Part shown: piece after piece, positions 18,066 through 25,964 of the stretch
How the letters are laid out: each line of letters opens with the position of its first letter
How positions within the stretch are numbered: position 1 is the first letter of the stretch
Made by a program: the position numbers and the translations under genes
Notes under the pieces: generated by a model
Seen by the model: the letters and a program-made list of their open reading frames with translations, nothing else
Databases searched by the model: none
Told to the model about the DNA's origin: nothing
Assembly (NCBI GenBank): GCA_965199825.1
Contig: OZ241329.1
Location: 1,248,001 to 1,312,000, forward strand
Length of the DNA stretch: 64,000 nucleotides
From: Bdellovibrionales bacterium
GTDB taxonomy: Bacteria > Bdellovibrionota > Bdellovibrionia > Bdellovibrionales > UBA1609
Direction of reading: 5' to 3'

Positions 18066-19280
18066 ATGTTTTTATTTCTAATTTTTCTGATCCCTGCCTT
18101 TGCCAGGCTTGATGCGCCTTTGCCCCAACAATATATTTCTGGCAAAGAGCTGTGCGAGCGATCACAAACTCAAAATGAGGATCGCGGTTTTTTTGTTGAT
18201 GTCCCGATTGATTATCAAGACCTGTCAAAGGGACTCACTCCCATCTACGGATTTTTTCCTTTTGCCCCCTTTGATCCCCAAAAGCCTTCACTGATTTATT
18301 TTTCGGGTGGACCTGGATATTCAGGGCATCATCTTTCGCTCGAGGATCATCCCGGAAGTTTATTTAGTGAATATAATGTTTTGCTTTTTGATCAACGTGG
18401 AACAGGGTGTTCTCGGCCTGCGACCTCTGAACTTTATAAATCTTTTGATTTTTATAGTTCTGTTGCCACAGCCCGCGATGCTGAAGCTCTACGGCAGCAC
18501 TTAAATATTTCAAAGTGGTCGGTGGTGGGACGCTCCTATGGAGCGGTGCCCGCATTTATATCGGCGTCGTTGTTTCAAACAAAAAGTGTTTCGCTCACCC
18601 TTTTTGCCGCATTAATGGATAAAAACAAACAGCATCAAACGATTGAAAAATATGATGAGTGGCTCCTACAGCATTCAGAGGTTCAAAAGGCTTTCAATGC
18701 CGCCACCTATTTACCTGGATATGATGAAATCCAAATTGAAGAATTTAAAGAAAATATTTTCCAGCGATTTTATGACCATATCAAAACACATGGAACGATT
18801 GGGCTCGAAGTCTTTTCACAAAAGATGATTGAGCAAATTCAATATGCAATTGCACCACAAATTTTAAGATCGCAAATCACCCATATCGAAGATTTATTTT
18901 CCAAGTCTGATCCAAATGTCTTTTATATTTTAAAATCAAAAGAAAATTTGTTGGGCGATATGCAACCGTTCGGTATGAAGCAATCTCTTTACGAACACTA
19001 TCCGGTTGAAATTCCGACTACCTTTTTTCAAGGTCTTCATGACCCGAGAACTCCGGCGTCTCGTGTTTTAAGATATTTAAAAAATCATCGTCAGGTCCAA
19101 GTTTATTTGTTCGATGAGGCCGGGCATATGGTGGTGAACCCTCAAGTCGAAGGTCAATCAAATTTATTTACAGCACCTTCGTGGGTTTTGGAACAAGCCC
19201 TTCGTGGTGAAATCAGCAAATACCCCTGCCAAAAGTTTTTAGAAAAAGGCACCAAGCGCTTACTTTTGTCGCGACCATAG
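18066..19280 (+). CDS. Secreted alpha/beta hydrolase (proline iminopeptidase-like)
   Basis: GGPG, DQRGTGCS, nucleophile GRSYG, G.HD..TP, AGH. Confidence 0.85.
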   Translation: MFLFLIFLIPAFARLDAPLPQQYISGKELCERSQTQNEDRGFFVDVPIDYQDLSKGLTPIYGFFPFAPFDPQKPSLIYFSGGPGYSGHHLSLEDHPGSLFSEYNVLLFDQRGTGCSRPATSELYKSFDFYSSVATARDAEALRQHLNISKWSVVGRSYGAVPAFISASLFQTKSVSLTLFAALMDKNKQHQTIEKYDEWLLQHSEVQKAFNAATYLPGYDEIQIEEFKENIFQRFYDHIKTHGTIGLEVFSQKMIEQIQYAIAPQILRSQITHIEDLFSKSDPNVFYILKSKENLLGDMQPFGMKQSLYEHYPVEIPTTFFQGLHDPRTPASRVLRYLKNHRQVQVYLFDEAGHMVVNPQVEGQSNLFTAPSWVLEQALRGEISKYPCQKFLEKGTKRLLLSRP

Positions 19281-19347
19281 GCCTGTCTAAGAGATCCGCA
19301 GAAGTCGTACCAATCAGGTTTTCAGGCTCTAAGCCCGAAAACTTTGA

Positions 19348-20835
19348 ATGGCATTCTTACTCCTGTTCTTTAGTCTTAGTTTCGCAACCGAAGTCTCTCA
19401 CTGTACTCAAGGCAAAATTGACGGTGAATACCTCGTTCGCTACCAAGAGACTTTAAGTCAATTTCGTACATTCACTTTGAATGTGATCTTAAAACCTGAT
19501 CGTGTTTTGTATCGACCAAAAAATCTCAAAGTCGATGTGATCAGCGATCCATTTTTTTCGGCACAGGCAGTCAGGCGAGTTGAACCCACCATTTCGGTTT
19601 TTTCAAATCGTTCTGAGGCCGACATGCAAATTTTTTTAAACCGCGGCGATGTGCTCTCTGTAGAAGAAAATTGTTTAGTTCATTCTTCATCACAAGCCAT
19701 CACCAATGATCCACTAGTGGGCAAGCAATGGTATCTCAATAGCATTCAAGCACCAAAAGCTTGGAGCAAAACAAATGGCAGTCATGATGTAACCGTTGCG
19801 GTGATCGACACCGGTGTAGATATTGATCACGAAGACCTGATTGAAAATCGTTGGATCAATGAGGCCGAACTCAATGGCCGCCCCGGAGTTGATGACGATG
19901 CCAATGGCTATATTGATGATGTCTATGGTTATAATTTTAACGGCAAAAATCCAGATCCTCGTCCCGGAAATTTGAGCGATGATGAGCATGGAACACATGT
20001 GGCCGGAATTATCGCCGCTCGCGGAAATAATGCCCAAGGCATTGCAGGCATCGCATGGCACCTCAATATTATGCCGTTGCGAGTTTTTGCAAGCGGCGGC
20101 GATGCAGCAGTTTCTGATATGGTCTCAGCCGTTTTTTATGCGGTCGATAACGGAGCTCGAGTGATTAACTCAAGCGTTGGAGCTCTTGCTCCTGCAACAG
20201 AAGCCGAAAAGCAAGCCTACACCTATGCTCTAAACCACGGAGTGATTCCATTTGTGGCAGCCGGAAATAATGGATTGGATGCGATGGCCTCTTCACCCGC
20301 ATCGATCACTGGCGTATTTGTGGTGGGCAGTACCGATGGATCAAGCGACCTTGCAAACTTTAGCAATTATGGCAGCAAAGTAAATATGCTTGCTCCGGGT
20401 ACCGCAATTTATTCTACAGTGCTTAATAACCAATATGATTATTTGAGCGGAACCAGCATGTCGACACCGATTGTGGCGGGAGCTGCAGCGCTGATGCTTT
20501 CGGTGAATAATTCGCTTAAAGGTTCAGACATTCAAAAATTACTTATGAGTTCCGCCTCCACAATTAAAGTTCACCAAAGAACTGGTGTTGGCTCGTACAA
20601 ATTCCTTAATGTGGCGGGTGCAGTACAGTTGGCACAAAAATCGGTATCATCAAAGGTAATGTCGTTTGATTCTGAAGCGGGGCAAAGTACTTTGTCCTCG
20701 GAATCGCCTCAGTCGCCTTCGACGGGATGCGGAAGAGTTTCTGGGGACTCTTCAAATTCTGTGTTGAGCGTGATGATATTGATGATTCCACTTGTGATGC
20801 TGATTCAACGGCGCAGGCGGGCTCGTTTTGTTTGA
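19348..20835 (+). CDS. Subtilisin-like S8 serine protease with C-terminal membrane anchor
   Basis: VAVIDTG, HGTHVAG, AAGN, GTSMSTP; C-terminal GCG + TM helix + RRRR. Confidence 0.93.
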   Translation: MAFLLLFFSLSFATEVSHCTQGKIDGEYLVRYQETLSQFRTFTLNVILKPDRVLYRPKNLKVDVISDPFFSAQAVRRVEPTISVFSNRSEADMQIFLNRGDVLSVEENCLVHSSSQAITNDPLVGKQWYLNSIQAPKAWSKTNGSHDVTVAVIDTGVDIDHEDLIENRWINEAELNGRPGVDDDANGYIDDVYGYNFNGKNPDPRPGNLSDDEHGTHVAGIIAARGNNAQGIAGIAWHLNIMPLRVFASGGDAAVSDMVSAVFYAVDNGARVINSSVGALAPATEAEKQAYTYALNHGVIPFVAAGNNGLDAMASSPASITGVFVVGSTDGSSDLANFSNYGSKVNMLAPGTAIYSTVLNNQYDYLSGTSMSTPIVAGAAALMLSVNNSLKGSDIQKLLMSSASTIKVHQRTGVGSYKFLNVAGAVQLAQKSVSSKVMSFDSEAGQSTLSSESPQSPSTGCGRVSGDSSNSVLSVMILMIPLVMLIQRRRRARFV

Positions 20836-20840
20836 CGTGG

Positions 20841-21323
20841 TGTCGTGCCCGCAGGTTTGAGCGGCGGGGAATGGTTTCCGAAGTGCATTTCAGTTTGTCG
20901 TGCCCGCTGGGCTAGGGGAGCAGGAGGATGCTTTTCGAACTTCACTTGAGTGTGTCTTGCCCGCTGTTGTAAGCGGTGGGGGAATGGTTTTCGAAGTTCG
21001 TGTTAGTTTGTCGTCCCCGTCGTTTTTTTGAATGTGGCGTTCGAAGGATCAATCGCAGCTCTGGGCAGTTTATCGTGCCCGCATTTTTTTGGGCAGCTTG
21101 AGAATGGCTTCCGAAATTTATGTTAGTGTGCCGTGCCCGCAGGTTTGAGCGGCGAGGACATTGTTTCCGAAGTTCATTTTAGTTTGTCGTGCCCGCAGGG
21201 CTATGGGAGCGGGAGGATGCTTTTCGAACTTCGCTTGAGTATGTCGTGCCCGCTGTTTCAACCCGCAACTCAAGGTGACGCCGTAAAGCTGAGTCGCAGC
21301 TCTAGGCAGTTTATAGTGCCCGC
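20841..21323 (+). repeat. Degenerate tandem array: nine copies of core TGTCGTGCCCGC at 55-70 bp period, upstream of the HNH gene
   Basis: Cores start at 20841, 20896, 20953, 21009, 21071, 21129, 21185, 21242 and 21312. A second motif TTYCGAA occurs in most units. Confidence 0.9.
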
Positions 21324-21518
21324 AATTTTTAAATAAAAATAAATAATCAAAATTTGTTGACACGTTTTTTACTGTTATCTTTGGGCCTGAGTTGAGTTTG
21401 CGAGTTGCGACGCTTTTGTTTTTCTGTCTTACTCAAATAAAATGCTTTAGTGGGCCTAATAGTCGTAGAAATTAAGACGTTAGAAAACCTCCGCCCATAG
21501 ACCAAAATCTTATTTCTC

Positions 21519-21558
21519 AAAACCCATGATAAGATCTTCTTTTAAACAGGAGATAGTT
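21519..21558 (+). promoter_or_regulatory. Extended -10 (TGaTAAGAT) and SD (AGGAG) of the HNH gene, conserved in the paralog
   Basis: AAAACCCATGATAAGAT..TTTAAACAGGAGA..TATG versus AAAACCCGTGATATAAC..TTTAAACAGGAGA..TATG at locus 1; the TG is 32 nt from the ATG in both. Confidence 0.6.
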
Positions 21559-22380
21559 ATGGATCATTTGGTTGTTCACTCTCAAGCTGTCAAAGCGGCT
21601 CAAGCTCATCGTAAATCTGAAATGGATTTGCTCAATGCTTTAGAAATTGTTTGGAAAAATAAAACTTTTTATAAGTTTGGATGTAATTCATTGTTTGAAT
21701 ACTCAACTCAGCAATTAAAACTTTCTGAAGAGATGGCCAGCATCGTCAATAAAATTGCCAAAAAATTTACTGAACTGCCTGAATTAAAACTAGGCATGGA
21801 GTCGGGTGATATCTCACTCTCAAAAGTCAATCGCATCGCTTCTGTTGTCACTCCAGACAATGTTCAACACTGGATAGATTTAGCCAAAGGCACAAAACGC
21901 AATCTAGAAAAAGAAATCGCAAAAGTTCAGCCAGAAAAAGCAATTCCCGAGCGGGCACGATATCAAAAAGCTGGGGACACTTTGAGGGTTCAGATTTCTT
22001 TTTCGGTCACGCAAGAAGAATACGCGGTTTTTGAACGCACCAGAGATCTGTTGAGCCAAAAATTAAAACGTCCCGCGAGTATTGGCCAAACACATGTTGC
22101 CGCCATTTATGAACTCAACCAAAAATTAGATCCACTTAAAAAACCGATCCGAGAAAAAGCAACGGGCACCACAAAATTGACACTTAATTTAAAAAGAAAA
22201 TTGCACCACAAATACGACAGTCAGTGCACGCATGTTGATTCAAAAGGACAGCGCTGTACCCAGAGGCGGCATCTTGATATTCATCATATTGTTCCTCAGT
22301 CACACGGTGGAACTCATACCGAAGATAATCTCACCCTGCTGTGTTCGGGGCACCATCGTGCCCACCATCGAAATATGTGA
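21559..22380 (+). CDS. HNH endonuclease with DUF222-like N-terminal region
   Basis: C-terminal QCTH...RC...LDIHHIVPQSHGG....NLTLLCSGHHRAHH; N-terminal GCNSLFEYSTQQLKLSE. Start set by SD and alignment with the paralog. Confidence 0.9.
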   Translation: MDHLVVHSQAVKAAQAHRKSEMDLLNALEIVWKNKTFYKFGCNSLFEYSTQQLKLSEEMASIVNKIAKKFTELPELKLGMESGDISLSKVNRIASVVTPDNVQHWIDLAKGTKRNLEKEIAKVQPEKAIPERARYQKAGDTLRVQISFSVTQEEYAVFERTRDLLSQKLKRPASIGQTHVAAIYELNQKLDPLKKPIREKATGTTKLTLNLKRKLHHKYDSQCTHVDSKGQRCTQRRHLDIHHIVPQSHGGTHTEDNLTLLCSGHHRAHHRNM

Positions 22381-22470
22381 CCCCTTCACAATCATTTTTT
22401 ACAGAGGTGAGATCAACACCTTGCAAAGATCTTTCAGGCCGCTCAGAATTAAAGCACAAAGCGAGGTCTC

Positions 22471-23478
22471 ATGTCAGCCAACCAATTTGGAAACTTATTT
22501 TGTTTAACAACGTTTGGTGAAAGCCATGGGCCGGCGATGGGTGCGCTCATCGATGGGTGCCCTGCGGGTGTCGAATTTGATCAACAACTGCTCTTAACTC
22601 AACTCGCACGGCGAAGGCCTGGCCAAAGTGCGGTGGTCAGCTCACGTCAAGAGGAAGACCTTCCCGAAATTTTAAGTGGGGTCTTTCAAGGAAAAACTTT
22701 GGGCACTCCCATACTCATCGTGGTTAAAAATAAAGATCAGCGCTCGGAAGATTATCAATCGCTTAAAGATCGGATAGGCCATGCCGATGATGTGTGGCGA
22801 GAGAAATTTGCACACGTTGACCCGCGCGGGGGAGGACGCAGCTCGGGGCGCGAGACTCTCTCAAGAGTGTTAGGTGGTGCGGTGGCCGAGATGTTTTTAA
22901 AAAGCCTGCACCCCGATTTAAAAATTGTGGTGGCGGTTGAGCAAATTGGTAAAAACAAATCCACAATTCCTCAAGACCTCACGCGGGAACGAGTGGATCA
23001 ATCTTTAGTTCGCATGCCCGACCTTCAAGTTTCAGATCAAGTCATAAAAATTTTAGAGCAAGCCAAGATCGATGGCGAAAGTTATGGCGGGGTAGCTCTA
23101 TTGCGAATTACCGGAATGCCGAAGTCCTTAGGCCAGCCGGTGTTTCATAAACTCAAAAGTGATTTGGCCTCGGCGTTGATGGGAGTCGGTGCGACTTGTG
23201 GTGTGGAGTTTGGATCGGCGGACGTCAGCCTTAAAGGAACAGAATTTCATAAACAAAATCTATATGGTGGAGTGCGTGGTGGGATTTCGACGGGTGAGCT
23301 TTTAGAAGTTCGGGTGAAGTTTAAGCCCACGTCGAGTATTTTGGATGTAGCAAAAAAAGGCAGGCATGATCCTTGTATCGTACCTAGAGCGTGCAGTGTG
23401 ATCGAAGGTATGGCGGCTCTTGTTTTGGCGGATCATGTTCTGTGGCAGCGGCTTGATCAGTTGACCATTCCGCGATAA
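22471..23478 (+). CDS. aroC: Chorismate synthase
   Basis: TTFGESHG, RRRPGQS, GGGRSSGRET, FKPTSS, GRHDPCI. Confidence 0.96.
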   Translation: MSANQFGNLFCLTTFGESHGPAMGALIDGCPAGVEFDQQLLLTQLARRRPGQSAVVSSRQEEDLPEILSGVFQGKTLGTPILIVVKNKDQRSEDYQSLKDRIGHADDVWREKFAHVDPRGGGRSSGRETLSRVLGGAVAEMFLKSLHPDLKIVVAVEQIGKNKSTIPQDLTRERVDQSLVRMPDLQVSDQVIKILEQAKIDGESYGGVALLRITGMPKSLGQPVFHKLKSDLASALMGVGATCGVEFGSADVSLKGTEFHKQNLYGGVRGGISTGELLEVRVKFKPTSSILDVAKKGRHDPCIVPRACSVIEGMAALVLADHVLWQRLDQLTIPR

Positions 23479-24167
23479 ACAAAACTTGCTCCGCACATCA
23501 AAGTTTGAAACTCAACTTTTGAAAACTGACCTGTTTGTTTCATCAATTCAACAAATTCTGTTTTGGCCGGAAATGTTCCAGAGGATTTATTTAAATATTC
23601 ATAAGCCCACTTTTGGCCGGTGACTACAGCACCAATACGAGGGACGATTTTTTCGAAATAAAATCGCATCAAAGGTCTTAACATATTTTTTTGGTCATCG
23701 CCGGTTTCTAAAATCATAACGGTGCCACCTTTTTTTGTGACTCGGGCCATCTCGGATAAGGCCTTTACCGGATCTGAAACATTGCGAATGCCGTAGGCGA
23801 TACTTGTGACATTAAACGAATTATCTTTAAAAGGCAGATTCATCGCATCGGCCACTTCAAAATCCACTTTTAAGTTTTTTTTGAATGCCTTTTTTGGTGC
23901 AAGCTCGAGCATCTCTTTACAAAAATCGGTTCCCACAACGTGAGAGGTGGCTCCTAAATATTTTTTGAATTCGATTGCGAGATCTCCCGTTCCGGTTGCG
24001 CAGTCTAACACCGAATCGCCAGGCTGAGCCCGACTCCAACGTACAACTTTTTTGCGCCATTTTCTGGCCATCCCAAAAGTCATCACATCATTGGCGCGGT
24101 CATAGCGTTGCGAGATGCTGGCAAATAAATTTTTTATTTTTTGTGGATCTTTTTGGGCGTTGGTCAT
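23457..24167 (-). CDS. ubiE: Demethylmenaquinone methyltransferase (UbiE/MenG)
   Basis: YDRANDVMTFG, VLDCATGTGDLA, DAMNLPF, YGIRNV, AYEYL. Confidence 0.93.
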   Translation of the reverse strand: MTNAQKDPQKIKNLFASISQRYDRANDVMTFGMARKWRKKVVRWSRAQPGDSVLDCATGTGDLAIEFKKYLGATSHVVGTDFCKEMLELAPKKAFKKNLKVDFEVADAMNLPFKDNSFNVTSIAYGIRNVSDPVKALSEMARVTKKGGTVMILETGDDQKNMLRPLMRFYFEKIVPRIGAVVTGQKWAYEYLNKSSGTFPAKTEFVELMKQTGQFSKVEFQTLMCGASFVYRGMVN

Positions 24168-24943
24168 TTGCGGGCCTCCAAAATTTTTGGCAATCGCATC
24201 ATCAATTCTTCGAACTGTTGATAGTTGAGGGCTTGGTCTTTATCAGACAATGCTTTTTCGGGTTCGGGATGAACCTCAATCATCACCCCATCGGCCCCCA
24301 CCGCGGCTGCGGCCAAAGCTAAAGGTGCAACAAGATGGGCAATGCCGGTCCCATGTGAGGGATCAACAATCACCGGCAGCTCCGACATTGTTTTCAAAAG
24401 AGCGACCGCATTGAGATCAAGAGTGTTTCGGGTTGCGGTTTCAAAAGTACGAATGCCGCGCTCACAAAAAATCACCTGGTCATTGCCACCTTTTAAAATA
24501 TATTCGGAGGCCGAAACCCATTCATGAACGTAAGCCGAAAATCCACGCTTTAAAACCACCGGCGTGCGACCAAGCCCAAGTTCTTTGAGTAATTCGTAAT
24601 TGTACATATTGCGTGAGCCCACTTGAAAACCATCAACAACCTCCGACATTTCTTCGATCTGTCTTGGGTCGGTGACTTCGGCAATCACAGGAAGTCCTGT
24701 CAGTTGTCGAACGGTGTGAACGATGGAATAGGCTTTTTGTTTTAAGCCCTGGAAATTGGATGGGCTTGTGCGCATCTTGTAGATGCCACCACGAAGTTGG
24801 GTCGCACCTTTTGATTTTACAAATTGGGCCACATCGATAAAATGCTGTTCGGATTCAATCGAGCAGGGGCCTGCAATCACCGCAAAGTGATCAGGACCAA
24901 TCGTTGTATTTCCAATCTTGACCGCTCGTGTTTGGTGTTTCAT
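24164..24943 (-). CDS. aroF: DAHP synthase, type I-beta, no regulatory domain
   Basis: IAGPCSIES, GGIYKMRTSP, QVGSRNM, LKRG, CERGIRTF, DPSHGTG. Start ATG 24943 with SD AAGGA. Confidence 0.9.
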   Translation of the reverse strand: MKHQTRAVKIGNTTIGPDHFAVIAGPCSIESEQHFIDVAQFVKSKGATQLRGGIYKMRTSPSNFQGLKQKAYSIVHTVRQLTGLPVIAEVTDPRQIEEMSEVVDGFQVGSRNMYNYELLKELGLGRTPVVLKRGFSAYVHEWVSASEYILKGGNDQVIFCERGIRTFETATRNTLDLNAVALLKTMSELPVIVDPSHGTGIAHLVAPLALAAAAVGADGVMIEVHPEPEKALSDKDQALNYQQFEELMMRLPKILEARK

Positions 24944-24953
24944 GACTTCCTTT

Positions 24954-25964
24954 ATGACTTTGCAAGAACTCTTGAAAAAACCGATCGCCTTTGTCAGAAA
25001 AAATTCGAACACTTGGGCGTTTGCTCTTCATATTGAATGTGTCAAAGGCAGACTACAGCCGCAAGATTTTTTTGTCTGTGATTTTTATCCATTCGATCTT
25101 ACAATCCTACGTCCAGAACGGTCTGTTGCACTAATGCCCAACGATCTCGATGATCTGCTCGAGCATCACAAAACAAATTTTGATTTTACCGAGCCTCAAA
25201 AAGAGACTTTTTTAAACACCTTTGAATCTTTGATGGATCAATTGAAACAAAGCCAATTTCAAAAAGCGGTGCCCGTAGTCGCCGCCACAAGTTCGCATCA
25301 ACCAAAAATTGTTGAGAGGCTTTCGATTTTAAAAAAACTGATCTCAGCACCAATGTCGGTTATCCCATATGGCTACTGGGCTAAAGATCAGGGTCTGATT
25401 GGGGCCACTCCAGAAATTTTATTAAAGCAAATTTCACAAACCGAATTTTTAACCATGGCGGTTGCGGGAACTCGGTTTGAAAAAGATTTGCCCTCGCTAT
25501 TAGATCGTCCAAAAGATTTAAGCGAGCATCAATTTGTGATTGATGACATCACTCAATGTTTAAAGCCTTACGGTGAGGTGAGTGTTGGCGAAACCTTGGA
25601 GGTCTCAAGCGGGCAGCTCAAACATTTAAAGACCGAAATTAAACTTCGATCCCATGCGGATTTTATGACATTGTTAAAAGCACTTCATCCAACAGCGGCA
25701 CTTGGAGCATTTCCGCGGGCAAAGGGTTTGAGTTGGCTCAACCAACAGCCCCGCCCATCGAAATCTTTTGGTGCTCCTTTTGGATATTGTGATGAGTGGG
25801 GATTATGCACCGCTCTGGTCGCCATCCGAAATATTGAATGGGATGTAAATAAATTAAGTTTAGGATCGGGTTGTGGAATTGTGCGCGAAAGTCAGTTTGA
25901 AAAAGAATGGGAAGAACTAAAAATGAAGCGCCAGTCGGTCCGCTCAATTTTGGGAATCGAATGA
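24954..25964 (+). CDS. menF: Isochorismate synthase
   Basis: GATPEIL, AVAGT, EHQFV, LHPTAALG, VAIRN, GCGIV..S..EKEWEE. Start uncertain (24942 or 24954). Confidence 0.88.
   Translation: MTLQELLKKPIAFVRKNSNTWAFALHIECVKGRLQPQDFFVCDFYPFDLTILRPERSVALMPNDLDDLLEHHKTNFDFTEPQKETFLNTFESLMDQLKQSQFQKAVPVVAATSSHQPKIVERLSILKKLISAPMSVIPYGYWAKDQGLIGATPEILLKQISQTEFLTMAVAGTRFEKDLPSLLDRPKDLSEHQFVIDDITQCLKPYGEVSVGETLEVSSGQLKHLKTEIKLRSHADFMTLLKALHPTAALGAFPRAKGLSWLNQQPRPSKSFGAPFGYCDEWGLCTALVAIRNIEWDVNKLSLGSGCGIVRESQFEKEWEELKMKRQSVRSILGIE

Noticed and set aside
20841..21323. Calling the array a CRISPR or a TIGR array
   Set aside because: The core is only 12 bp, the intervening segments are related to each other and block-duplicated, and there are no cas genes. 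The unit length and the lack of a recognisable Nop domain do not fit TIGR-Tas.
20727..21363. Short ORFs over the array (20727-20915, 21118-21363, 21133-21336)
   Set aside because: Unit periods of 55, 56, 58, 62 and 70 break the frame, and there is no SD; treated as chance ORFs.
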